This document shows positions 46,082-56,727 of a stretch of 64,000 nt of DNA, piece by piece; the stretch's first letter is position 1, and the number at the start of each line of letters is the position of its first letter. The notes below the pieces were generated by a model that saw only the letters and a program-made list of their open reading frames with translations, was not told the origin of the DNA and did no database searches. This stretch comes from Diplonema japonicum (lineage: Eukaryota; Protista; Euglenozoa: Diplonemea). The translations under genes were made by a program, and so were the position numbers. Location of the stretch: NCBI GenBank assembly GCA_964019335.1, contig OZ025705.1, forward strand, positions 310,001-374,000, given 5' to 3'.

Positions 46082-46291
46082 AATAATATTAATAAGTTCG
46101 ACACTCAATAAAGAGGGCTGCAAAAGCCGTAGCTGTTGCTATCCACTCTTTCTCTTGTTTCAAAATCAAAGATAAGTTTAAAGACGGGGGAAGAGGAGGG
46201 ACTCTTTCCTCCTCGAAAAAAACAACTTTTTTATCTACAATTGCGGGGGGGGGGGGGGGGATAAAGAAAAAGAAAAGGGCACAGAGAGGGC

Positions 46292-46570
46292 TTATTTCCC
46301 AGGGAACTGAGCGTTCTTCTGCTGCTCAAGGAGTTCCTGGAACTTCTGCTTGAAGTGAGCGGAGTGGTCCCTCATCTTCTTGTTGAACTTGTCGGTGTGC
46401 TCCTTGATCATCTTCTCGAACTTGTCGTAGTGCTCCTTCATCTCAGGCGACAGGGTCGACTCGTCGGGCTTGTCCGCGAAGAACTTCTTGTTCTGCTCCT
46501 CCATCTTCTTGCTGAACTCGGCATCGAGGCGGTCGAGCTTGTCGCTGAACTCCTGGTACGTGGTGCACAT
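46292..46570 (-). CDS. KMP11: Kinetoplastid membrane protein 11 homolog
   Basis: 92 aa; KLDRLDAEFSKKMEEQNKKFFADKPDESTLSPEMKEHY...QFPGK. Confidence 0.96.
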   Translation of the reverse strand: MCTTYQEFSDKLDRLDAEFSKKMEEQNKKFFADKPDESTLSPEMKEHYDKFEKMIKEHTDKFNKKMRDHSAHFKQKFQELLEQQKNAQFPGK

Positions 46571-47549
46571 CTTTCTCTTTTTTTTTGGTTGTTTAAAGGT
46601 TGTTTGTGTTGTGTGGCCCTTTTTGTTGTCTTATTTTGGAAAGAAGAACGATTCATAGAAAACACAAAATATAAACGGATTCATTTTTCTCTTTTCCTTC
46701 CCCCTTCCTGTCCCTGACGGCGCCAAAGGATATTCAACGGCCTGAGAGGTCGTCCGAAGGTTCAGAAGGGGGAAAGGAGAAAGGGAGAGAGGGAGGAAGG
46801 GAGGGAGGGAAAGTATAAAAAAGAAGACTTGAACTGTATATTCTTAAAAGGGTACCTTCGTCCAGTGCAATGCAGGTCTGCACGCAACCACAAAAGAAGG
46901 CCACCCTCTTATTTGTTCTTTTTTTAAAGCCACCACTTCCACGTAAAGACGATTATCACCTTTCATAAAAGGAAGCAGGGAAGACAGACAGAGGCAACAA
47001 CCCGTTGCCGTCTGTTGTCGTGTTAAGGAAGAAGTGAAACTTGAAACAAACAAAAGGGGAAAACCATTTAAGGGTATCTGCGGTATGTCGCAGAAGGCTT
47101 AAATAATAAAGGTAAAAAAAAAAGGGAAACAAACGAGAGAGAAGATATGTCAGAGGAGGGGGTTTGTGTTTGGTATTAAACAAAAGAAAAATACGATTGC
47201 CACAAAGGGGAGAAGGGAAAGGGGGCACATCAAACAAGAATCGTTGTGAAAGAAGAAGGAGAAAAAAAAAGAAAGAGGAAAGCATCATATGTGGGTCCAC
47301 AGCGAAGAGAACACACAGACAGGTAAGCAGAGAGGTGGCGTGACTCGGAGTCACGAAAGGCCCACGCCTTTGCTTGATTTCTTGTGGTTCTCTTCTTGGT
47401 TGCCATCCTTCCTTTTTTTTCCCTTCGATTTCGGTTCATTTTAATGTTTGTTTGTTTTTTTTTTCTTGTTTGTTGTTTTTGTTTTTTTTTTTTTTGTTTT
47501 TTTTTTTTTTGGTTTTTTTTTTTTTTTTTTTGCCAGCTCCTCAGCACCA

Positions 47550-48551
47550 TCACCCGATGAGCTTGCACTGAGAGGCAACGTCGCAAGTCACCCTGCACTG
47601 GGCGTACCACTGGCTCTGCTGGTAGCAACGGCTCGGTGCCTCACAGCAAGAGGGTGACGACAGGCAGCTTCCCCACTCCGCAATCTTGGGACCAGAGCAG
47701 GTGCCCGCGGGAGGGGGCAGGTTCGTGGGGACGGTTGCGGTGGTGGTACTGCTGCCGCTGTTGCTGCTGCTGGTACTGCCACCACTGCTGCTGCTGCCGG
47801 TGGTGGTGGTGCTGCCACCGCTGGTGGTGGTGGTACTGCCACCGCTGCTGGTACTGCCGCCGTTGAGGCTGCTGCTGCTGCTGCTGCTGGTGGTGGTGGT
47901 GGTGGTGGTACTGCTGCTGCTGCTGGTACTGCCACCACTGCTGCTGCTGCTGCTGCCGCCATTACCACTACCAAAGTTGTTGCTGGCACCGTTGAAGTCA
48001 AGGTCGATGGCGTTGTAGAAGCTGGCAGAGGTGTCACCGACATCCCAGACTGCAAGGACCACGTGGTAGCCGCTCCTGGTCGGGACCGTGCAGGAGTGGG
48101 TCACCCCAGAGAGAGGAGGCTGCTGCATCTCCCCGTCCACCGTGCAGAAGGGGGTCCCCTCCAAGGTCTCCCTCCCGAGAGGGTCCACCCCGTTCCACCC
48201 TTCCTTCGTGATGAAGTACCTCCAGTCCCGCGTCACGTGGTTCGCCCTGAAGGCCCACGTGAAGTCCATCGCCCCGCTGCTCACAGAGGTCTTCGCCCAC
48301 CTCGTCGTCGACTGCTCGTTCAGGGGCGCCCAGTTGTCCTTCCCAGCAGCAGCCACCGTCCCGTCCGCAGGGCCTGTCTCGGGGTACCGGTCCTCCCCCT
48401 CCACGCTCTGCGGCTCGTACTGCACCGCCCCGCAGTTCGTGTTCCTCTTCTGGTTGCACGACCAGCTCCTCGACGACGGGGTCACCACGTAGCCGTGCCC
48501 CTGCGCTGAGGCGAACAGGGCGGTCACGCAGACAACAGAGCGCAGCATCAT
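47550..48551 (-). CDS. Secreted AA10 LPMO isoform B (Ser/Thr/Gly linker + CBM1-like)
   Basis: Signal ...ASAQG then HGYV; QYEPQSVEG, FRANH, FYNAID; trinucleotide-repeat linker; 8-Cys module. Confidence 0.93.
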   Translation of the reverse strand: MMLRSVVCVTALFASAQGHGYVVTPSSRSWSCNQKRNTNCGAVQYEPQSVEGEDRYPETGPADGTVAAAGKDNWAPLNEQSTTRWAKTSVSSGAMDFTWAFRANHVTRDWRYFITKEGWNGVDPLGRETLEGTPFCTVDGEMQQPPLSGVTHSCTVPTRSGYHVVLAVWDVGDTSASFYNAIDLDFNGASNNFGSGNGGSSSSSSGGSTSSSSSTTTTTTTSSSSSSSLNGGSTSSGGSTTTTSGGSTTTTGSSSSGGSTSSSNSGSSTTTATVPTNLPPPAGTCSGPKIAEWGSCLSSPSCCEAPSRCYQQSQWYAQCRVTCDVASQCKLIG

Positions 48552-49248
48552 TTCTTTGTTGTTGTTTTTTTTTTCTTAAAGTGTTTTGGGGTTACAAAAA
48601 CCTGTGTGCGTTGAGGTGGATAGGAAAGGAGAAGGAATAAAAGGAAATAAAGAAGCCCCTCCCTCAATTCTGTACCAAAGCAAAGGAGCAAAATACAGAA
48701 AGGGGGTGAGTGAAGAAAAAAAGAGAACAACATCTTCAACATCAGCAGCTTTTTATTTTATTTTTTTTCGGACAAGAACTGTAGCAAATGGCAAAGAGGA
48801 GAAGGGGAAGAAGAAAAAGTTGGTGGTTGATGCACACCAACCAAGTTAGGGAGAAGCCAAAAGCAAAAGCAAAAACAAAAACAAAAGGAGTATGCTGCAC
48901 ACCTTGGAGGAAGAAATAACTATTTCAAAAAAAAGAAGAAGAAACCCCATTGATCTTCCAGGATAGCCTGTGGAAGTATGGAACCAAATGAAATGAAATG
49001 AAGGCCCTCCAGCGCACACACATATCGGAAAAAAATAAGAAAATCAAAAAACAGAGAGAAAGTTTCAGTGTGCATGGGGGTGCTTACTGTTGTAGAAAAG
49101 AAAGAAAGGAAGGAAAAAACCCCCAACAAAGATAGTGGGGAAGAACTTGGTGTTTTTGAGATTTAAGATTTAGTGACTCATCGGAAATTTAAACATCACA
49201 CAAAAGAGAAGCGAAAAAGAAGTGTTTTATTTTTCTTTTTTTTTCATT

Positions 49249-49995
49249 TTATTGTTTGAGGAGGATGTCAGAGCAGCCCTGCTGCTTGCAGACCTCTTCC
49301 AGATTGGAGGCGTTGCTCTCGCAGGAGAGACCCTTTGCATGCATCCTGCCCAGAACAGTCGACTCGGAGAGGTAGAAGTTCGCGAAGGGTGTCATGAAGT
49401 CCTCGGAGATGCTCTTCTCGCAGAGCCCCGTCTTCATGAGGGCTGCCCGCCAGTTTTGCACCTTCGGGTAGCCGTGAGCAAAGTCGTAGCCGGTCTTCTC
49501 CTTGATGATCTGTGTTCGGTGCAGCAAAGGAAGCCAGGTCATGTCCACTGTGCTCACGGTGTCGCTGTTGAAGAACTCCGCCCCCCCAAGCACCTTCTCC
49601 ACCTTCGCAAAGGCCGTCGCTATCTTCATCGTCCGCTCCCTCAACGTCTCCCCGTCACTGCTGGACTGCGCCCCGCACTGCGGCATGTAGTTCTTGCTCC
49701 CGAGGTACCCCCAAGCCCTGTTCTGCGCCCTCTGCACGAGGCTCAGGTCCGGCTGCAGGGCAGGGTAAGCCTCCTCGATGTACTCCGCGATCGCCTCCGA
49801 CTCGAACAGCACCTCCTCCTTCTCAGTCACAAGCAGCGGCACCTGCCCGTTGGGCGAGATGTCCAAAAACCACTGCGGCTTCTCCTTCAGGTTGATGTAC
49901 TCCACAACGTAAGGGGTCTTCTTCGCCTCCAGCAGGGCCGTGATCCGCTGAACGAAGGGGCAGATCTTGAAGCTGATCACTTTTAACACCGGCAT
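49249..49995 (-). CDS. Glutathione S-transferase, omega/DHAR-like Cys-GST of bacterial type
   Basis: SFKICPFVQR, KPQWFLDISPNGQVP, LFESEAIAEYI, VDMTWLPLLHR. Confidence 0.9.
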   Translation of the reverse strand: MPVLKVISFKICPFVQRITALLEAKKTPYVVEYINLKEKPQWFLDISPNGQVPLLVTEKEEVLFESEAIAEYIEEAYPALQPDLSLVQRAQNRAWGYLGSKNYMPQCGAQSSSDGETLRERTMKIATAFAKVEKVLGGAEFFNSDTVSTVDMTWLPLLHRTQIIKEKTGYDFAHGYPKVQNWRAALMKTGLCEKSISEDFMTPFANFYLSESTVLGRMHAKGLSCESNASNLEEVCKQQGCSDILLKQ

Positions 49996-51046
49996 TTTGC
50001 TTTTTTGTTTTTCTCTCTTTTTCTTTTTTTTTTTTTATGGTGGTCTACTTTAAAGAACGTTTCCCATTAGGATATAGAAAATATTTTTAAAAAAAAGAAC
50101 AAAAAGATTTTTCTCTTTTTCCTTCCCCCTTCCTGTCCCTGACGGCGCCAAAGGATATTCAACGGCCTGAGAGGTCGTCCGAAGGTTCAGAAGGGGGAAA
50201 GGAGAAAGGGAGAGAGGGAGGGAAAGTTTAAAAAAGTCGATGCAAACTCCGCGCGAGAGCCGCAGGCCAAAAAAAAAAAAGAAAAAAGAAAAAAAGAAAG
50301 AAAGAAAGAATAAGAAAAGTCGGAGTGTATATTTTCTTAGAAAAGGGGGCCTTCTTGTCGAGTGCATGCTAGTCACACCACAAAAAAAAAAAGGTCTGTT
50401 TTTTTTTTTTTTTTTTTCATTTTTCAAAAATAGAAAAAAAGCCGCCATTTCCACGTAAAAACGATTTTCGCCTTTCATAAAAGGAAGCAGGGAAGACAGA
50501 CAGAGGCAACAACCCGTTGCCGTCTGTTGTCGTGTTGAGGAAGAAAGAAATTGAAAACAAAAAAAGATAATAAAAGAAAAGAGAATTAAAAAAAAAAAAA
50601 AAAAAAAGCAATCGAGGGAGAAGAATATCAGAGGGGGGGGGGGGGGGGGGGGTTGAGCAAAAGACGATTGTCACAAAAGGGAAAAGAGAAAGGGTCACAC
50701 ATCATGGGTGAGAGAGAAAAAAAAGAAGGGAAGCCAAAAAAATAAAATAAAATAAAAGAAAGTGATGAAGGAAAGCAGCTGTCCCCTGGGAATACGGGTC
50801 CACAGGGAGGAGAACACAGACATGTTGCGTAGCGAAAGACAAAGGCGTGACTCAGAGTCACGAAAGGTCACCCTCGCCTCACATTGCTGTGCCTCTTCAG
50901 ATGGTGTGGTTCATTTGTTTTGTTTTATTTATTTTTTTTGTTTTTCTTTTTAAAAAACTTTTGGCTTGTCATCCTTCATTTTTTTTTTCTTCTCATTTCT
51001 TCAATCCTCGTTTCATTTTAACATTTTTAGTTTTTTTTTTTCTCCA

Positions 51047-51955
51047 TCACCCGATGAGCTTGCACTGAGAGGCGACGTCGCACTTCACCCTGCACTGGGC
51101 GTACCACTGGCTCTGCTGGTAGCAACGGCTCGGTGCCTCACAGCAAGAGGGTGACGACAGGCAGCTTCCCCACTCCGCAATCTTGGGACCAGAGCAGGTG
51201 CCCGCAGGAGAAGGCGGGTTCGTGGGGACAGGTGTGGGAACAGGGGTCGACACGGGAACAGTGGACCCACCTGCTGGGGTGGGTGTGGGTGTGGGGGTGG
51301 GTGCAGGTGTGGGAACAGGTGTCGCGGTGGTGGTACTGCCACCGTTTCCATTGCCGCTGCTGCTGCTGCCACCACCAAAGTTGTTGCTGGCACCGTTGAA
51401 GTCAAGGTCGATGGCGTTGTAGAAGCTGGCAGAGGTGTCACCGACATCCCAGACTGCAAGGACCACGTGGTAGCCGCTCCTGGTCGGGACCGTGCAGGAG
51501 TGGGTCACCCCAGAGAGAGGAGGCTGCTGCATCTCCCCGTCCACCGTGCAGAAGGGGGTCCCCTCCAAGGTCTCCCTCCCGAGAGGGTCCACCCCGTTCC
51601 ACCCTTCCTTCGTGATGAAGTACCTCCAGTCCCGCGTCACGTGGTTCGCCCTGAAGGCCCACGTGAAGTCCATCGCCCCGCTGCTCACAGAGGTCTTCGC
51701 CCACCTCGTCGTCGACTGCTCGTTCAGGGGCGCCCAGTTGTCCTTCCCAGCAGCAGCCACCGTCCCGTCCGCAGGGCCTGTCTCGGGGTACCGGTCCTCC
51801 CCCTCCACGCTCTGCGGCTCGTACTGCACCGCCCCGCAGTTCGTGTTCCTCTTCTGGTTGCACGACCAGCTCCTCGACGACGGGGTCACCACGTAGCCGT
51901 GCCCCTGCGCTGAGGCGAACAGGGCGGTCACGCAGACAACAGAGCGCAGCATCAT
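51047..51955 (-). CDS. Secreted AA10 LPMO isoform C (Pro/Thr linker + CBM1-like)
   Basis: Catalytic domain identical to isoform B; different linker. Confidence 0.93.
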   Translation of the reverse strand: MMLRSVVCVTALFASAQGHGYVVTPSSRSWSCNQKRNTNCGAVQYEPQSVEGEDRYPETGPADGTVAAAGKDNWAPLNEQSTTRWAKTSVSSGAMDFTWAFRANHVTRDWRYFITKEGWNGVDPLGRETLEGTPFCTVDGEMQQPPLSGVTHSCTVPTRSGYHVVLAVWDVGDTSASFYNAIDLDFNGASNNFGGGSSSSGNGNGGSTTTATPVPTPAPTPTPTPTPAGGSTVPVSTPVPTPVPTNPPSPAGTCSGPKIAEWGSCLSSPSCCEAPSRCYQQSQWYAQCRVKCDVASQCKLIG

Positions 51956-52387
51956 TTCTTTGTTGTTGTTTTTTTTTTCTTAAAGTGTTTTGGGGTTACA
52001 AAAACCTGTGTGCGTTGAGAGGTGGTTTTGTTAGATGGAAGTGTGTCTCGAGAGAAAAGAAAGAAGAAAGGAAAAAAAGGAACAGCAAGGTCGCATCCAG
52101 CATTCTAGAAAAGGAAAAGAACACCAACACAAACAGAAGTGGTATGAAGGATACTTCTGCATCAAAAATACTATTGCATCAAGGGTGGACCAATATCCAC
52201 CGCTCGACATTCGTACCTTTGCACCCATAATGGACCAGCTAGAGATGAATAGGGTGGAAGATAGAGAAGGCCGTCTTTGGAGACCACATGAAAGGATGAA
52301 ACAATCACGATCACGATTTGTGGTGGTGACGACGAACATTCGGATATATTATTTATTATTATTATCATTATTTTCCCCTTCACACAT

Positions 52388-52696
52388 TCAAAGCTTTGTC
52401 GCGACCACAGCCTTGATCTTCCCATCCTCTATGGTGAAGGTTTCCTTCGCCTTCAGTGTGAGGAGCAGCATCTTCGCCTTCATCGTGCGGGTGAACTGCT
52501 TCCCGTCGGCGGACGCTTCGGGCTCCGAATGCCCGTAGAAGTCAGGCATGTCACTCAGAAGCTGCTTCCTCAAGGCCCCCTTTCCATTCGCCTCAAACTT
52601 CGGGTTCTTGAAGTGCACGTCTTCCGTCATCAAGCTCAGCATCCCGTCAACGTCCTTCGACTTCGTGAACTTCGTGTACTGCGCGATAACCTCCAT
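52388..52696 (-). CDS. NTF2/SnoaL-like domain protein (102 aa)
   Basis: DVDGMLSLMTEDVHF..P, GKGALR, ETFTIEDGKI pattern typical of the SnoaL-like fold. Confidence 0.75.
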   Translation of the reverse strand: MEVIAQYTKFTKSKDVDGMLSLMTEDVHFKNPKFEANGKGALRKQLLSDMPDFYGHSEPEASADGKQFTRTMKAKMLLLTLKAKETFTIEDGKIKAVVATKL

Positions 52697-53023
52697 GTTT
52701 GCGATTGGTGTTTGTGGGGCTGCAGATGGGGGTGAGTGGGGGGGGTGGGTTTGCTTGTAAAGAATGCCTTGTTGTCAAAAACAAAAAATAAAATAAATCA
52801 AAAACCGGGGGGGGGGGGGGGGGTTAGAAACTATAATAAGAGGGCTGCAAAAGCCGTAGCTGTTGCTATCCACTCTTTCTCTTGTTTCAAAAAAATCAAA
52901 GATAAGTTTAAAGACGGGGGAAGAGGAGGGACTCTTTCCTCCTCGAAAACAAAAAAAATACTTTTTTATCTACAATTGCGAGGGAGGGGGGGATAAAGAA
53001 AAAGAAAAGGGCACAGAGAGGGC

Positions 53024-53302
53024 TTATTTCCCAGGGAACTGAGCGTTCTTCTGCTGCTCAAGGAGTTCCTGGAACTTCTGCTTGAAGTGAGCGGAGTGGT
53101 CCCTCATCTTCTTGTTGAACTTGTCGGTGTGCTCCTTGATCATCTTCTCGAACTTGTCGTAGTGCTCCTTCATCTCAGGCGACAGGGTCGACTCGTCGGG
53201 CTTGTCCGCGAAGAACTTCTTGTTCTGCTCCTCCATCTTCTTGCTGAACTCGGCATCGAGGCGGTCGAGCTTGTCGCTGAACTCCTGGTACGTGGTGCAC
53301 AT
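53024..53302 (-). CDS. KMP11: KMP-11 homolog, copy 2
   Basis: Identical to 46292-46570. Confidence 0.96.
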   Translation of the reverse strand: MCTTYQEFSDKLDRLDAEFSKKMEEQNKKFFADKPDESTLSPEMKEHYDKFEKMIKEHTDKFNKKMRDHSAHFKQKFQELLEQQKNAQFPGK

Positions 53303-54281
53303 CTTTCTCTTTTTTTTTGGTTGTTTAAAGGTTGTTTGTGTTGTGTGGCCCTTTTTGTTGTCTTATTTTGGAAAGAAGAACGATTCATAGAAAACACAAA
53401 ATATAAACGGATTCATTTTTCTCTTTTCCTTCCCCCTTCCTGTCCCTGACGGCGCCAAAGGATATTCAACGGCCTGAGAGGTCGTCCGAAGGTTCAGAAG
53501 GGGGAAAGGAGAAAGGGAGAGAGGGAGGAAGGGAGGGAGGGAAAGTATAAAAAAGAAGACTTGAACTGTATATTCTTAAAAGGGTACCTTCGTCCAGTGC
53601 AATGCAGGTCTGCACGCAACCACAAAAGAAGGCCACCCTCTTATTTGTTCTTTTTTTAAAGCCACCACTTCCACGTAAAGACGATTATCACCTTTCATAA
53701 AAGGAAGCAGGGAAGACAGACAGAGGCAACAACCCGTTGCCGTCTGTTGTCGTGTTAAGGAAGAAGTGAAACTTGAAACAAACAAAAGGGGAAAACCATT
53801 TAAGGGTATCTGCGGTATGTCGCAGAAGGCTTAAATAATAAAGGTAAAAAAAAAAGGGAAACAAACGAGAGAGAAGATATGTCAGAGGAGGGGGTTTGTG
53901 TTTGGTATTAAACAAAAGAAAAATACGATTGCCACAAAGGGGAGAAGGGAAAGGGGGCACATCAAACAAGAATCGTTGTGAAAGAAGAAGGAGAAAAAAA
54001 AAGAAAGAGGAAAGCATCATATGTGGGTCCACAGCGAAGAGAACACACAGACAGGTAAGCAGAGAGGTGGCGTGACTCGGAGTCACGAAAGGCCCACGCC
54101 TTTGCTTGATTTCTTGTGGTTCTCTTCTTGGTTGCCATCCTTCCTTTTTTTTCCCTTCGATTTCGGTTCATTTTAATGTTTGTTTGTTTTTTTTTTCTTG
54201 TTTGTTGTTTTTGTTTTTTTTTTTTTTGTTTTTTTTTTTTTTGGTTTTTTTTTTTTTTTTTTTGCCAGCTCCTCAGCACCA

Positions 54282-55283
54282 TCACCCGATGAGCTTGCAC
54301 TGAGAGGCAACGTCGCAAGTCACCCTGCACTGGGCGTACCACTGGCTCTGCTGGTAGCAACGGCTCGGTGCCTCACAGCAAGAGGGTGACGACAGGCAGC
54401 TTCCCCACTCCGCAATCTTGGGACCAGAGCAGGTGCCCGCGGGAGGGGGCAGGTTCGTGGGGACGGTTGCGGTGGTGGTACTGCTGCCGCTGTTGCTGCT
54501 GCTGGTACTGCCACCACTGCTGCTGCTGCCGGTGGTGGTGGTGCTGCCACCGCTGGTGGTGGTGGTACTGCCACCGCTGCTGGTACTGCCGCCGTTGAGG
54601 CTGCTGCTGCTGCTGCTGCTGGTGGTGGTGGTGGTGGTGGTACTGCTGCTGCTGCTGGTACTGCCACCACTGCTGCTGCTGCTGCTGCCGCCATTACCAC
54701 TACCAAAGTTGTTGCTGGCACCGTTGAAGTCAAGGTCGATGGCGTTGTAGAAGCTGGCAGAGGTGTCACCGACATCCCAGACTGCAAGGACCACGTGGTA
54801 GCCGCTCCTGGTCGGGACCGTGCAGGAGTGGGTCACCCCAGAGAGAGGAGGCTGCTGCATCTCCCCGTCCACCGTGCAGAAGGGGGTCCCCTCCAAGGTC
54901 TCCCTCCCGAGAGGGTCCACCCCGTTCCACCCTTCCTTCGTGATGAAGTACCTCCAGTCCCGCGTCACGTGGTTCGCCCTGAAGGCCCACGTGAAGTCCA
55001 TCGCCCCGCTGCTCACAGAGGTCTTCGCCCACCTCGTCGTCGACTGCTCGTTCAGGGGCGCCCAGTTGTCCTTCCCAGCAGCAGCCACCGTCCCGTCCGC
55101 AGGGCCTGTCTCGGGGTACCGGTCCTCCCCCTCCACGCTCTGCGGCTCGTACTGCACCGCCCCGCAGTTCGTGTTCCTCTTCTGGTTGCACGACCAGCTC
55201 CTCGACGACGGGGTCACCACGTAGCCGTGCCCCTGCGCTGAGGCGAACAGGGCGGTCACGCAGACAACAGAGCGCAGCATCAT
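54282..55283 (-). CDS. AA10 LPMO isoform B, copy 2
   Basis: Identical to 47550-48551. Confidence 0.93.
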   Translation of the reverse strand: MMLRSVVCVTALFASAQGHGYVVTPSSRSWSCNQKRNTNCGAVQYEPQSVEGEDRYPETGPADGTVAAAGKDNWAPLNEQSTTRWAKTSVSSGAMDFTWAFRANHVTRDWRYFITKEGWNGVDPLGRETLEGTPFCTVDGEMQQPPLSGVTHSCTVPTRSGYHVVLAVWDVGDTSASFYNAIDLDFNGASNNFGSGNGGSSSSSSGGSTSSSSSTTTTTTTSSSSSSSLNGGSTSSGGSTTTTSGGSTTTTGSSSSGGSTSSSNSGSSTTTATVPTNLPPPAGTCSGPKIAEWGSCLSSPSCCEAPSRCYQQSQWYAQCRVTCDVASQCKLIG

Positions 55284-55980
55284 TTCTTTGTTGTTGTTTT
55301 TTTTTTCTTAAAGTGTTTTGGGGTTACAAAAACCTGTGTGCGTTGAGGTGGATAGGAAAGGAGAAGGAATAAAAGGAAATAAAGAAGCCCCTCCCTCAAT
55401 TCTGTACCAAAGCAAAGGAGCAAAATACAGAAAGGGGGTGAGTGAAGAAAAAAAGAGAACAACATCTTCAACATCAGCAGCTTTTTATTTTATTTTTTTT
55501 CGGACAAGAACTGTAGCAAATGGCAAAGAGGAGAAGGGGAAGAAGAAAAAGTTGGTGGTTGATGCACACCAACCAAGTTAGGGAGAAGCCAAAAGCAAAA
55601 GCAAAAACAAAAACAAAAGGAGTATGCTGCACACCTTGGAGGAAGAAATAACTATTTCAAAAAAAAGAAGAAGAAACCCCATTGATCTTCCAGGATAGCC
55701 TGTGGAAGTATGGAACCAAATGAAATGAAATGAAGGCCCTCCAGCGCACACACATATCGGAAAAAAATAAGAAAATCAAAAAACAGAGAGAAAGTTTCAG
55801 TGTGCATGGGGGTGCTTACTGTTGTAGAAAAGAAAGAAAGGAAGGAAAAAACCCCCAACAAAGATAGTGGGGAAGAACTTGGTGTTTTTGAGATTTAAGA
55901 TTTAGTGACTCATCGGAAATTTAAACATCACACAAAAGAGAAGCGAAAAAGAAGTGTTTTATTTTTCTTTTTTTTTCATT

Positions 55981-56727
55981 TTATTGTTTGAGGAGGATGT
56001 CAGAGCAGCCCTGCTGCTTGCAGACCTCTTCCAGATTGGAGGCGTTGCTCTCGCAGGAGAGACCCTTTGCATGCATCCTGCCCAGAACAGTCGACTCGGA
56101 GAGGTAGAAGTTCGCGAAGGGTGTCATGAAGTCCTCGGAGATGCTCTTCTCGCAGAGCCCCGTCTTCATGAGGGCTGCCCGCCAGTTTTGCACCTTCGGG
56201 TAGCCGTGAGCAAAGTCGTAGCCGGTCTTCTCCTTGATGATCTGTGTTCGGTGCAGCAAAGGAAGCCAGGTCATGTCCACTGTGCTCACGGTGTCGCTGT
56301 TGAAGAACTCCGCCCCCCCAAGCACCTTCTCCACCTTCGCAAAGGCCGTCGCTATCTTCATCGTCCGCTCCCTCAACGTCTCCCCGTCACTGCTGGACTG
56401 CGCCCCGCACTGCGGCATGTAGTTCTTGCTCCCGAGGTACCCCCAAGCCCTGTTCTGCGCCCTCTGCACGAGGCTCAGGTCCGGCTGCAGGGCAGGGTAA
56501 GCCTCCTCGATGTACTCCGCGATCGCCTCCGACTCGAACAGCACCTCCTCCTTCTCAGTCACAAGCAGCGGCACCTGCCCGTTGGGCGAGATGTCCAAAA
56601 ACCACTGCGGCTTCTCCTTCAGGTTGATGTACTCCACAACGTAAGGGGTCTTCTTCGCCTCCAGCAGGGCCGTGATCCGCTGAACGAAGGGGCAGATCTT
56701 GAAGCTGATCACTTTTAACACCGGCAT
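55981..56727 (-). CDS. Omega/DHAR-like GST, copy 2
   Basis: Identical to 49249-49995. Confidence 0.9.
   Translation of the reverse strand: MPVLKVISFKICPFVQRITALLEAKKTPYVVEYINLKEKPQWFLDISPNGQVPLLVTEKEEVLFESEAIAEYIEEAYPALQPDLSLVQRAQNRAWGYLGSKNYMPQCGAQSSSDGETLRERTMKIATAFAKVEKVLGGAEFFNSDTVSTVDMTWLPLLHRTQIIKEKTGYDFAHGYPKVQNWRAALMKTGLCEKSISEDFMTPFANFYLSESTVLGRMHAKGLSCESNASNLEEVCKQQGCSDILLKQ

Noticed and set aside
49171-49190. GTGACTC half-motif downstream of GST
   Set aside because: The complementary GTCAC arm is missing, so it was not counted as the chitinolytic stem-loop.
52035-52538. 167-aa plus-strand ORF in the array
   Set aside because: Opposite strand to all genes, overlaps the NTF2-like gene and begins in low-complexity sequence.
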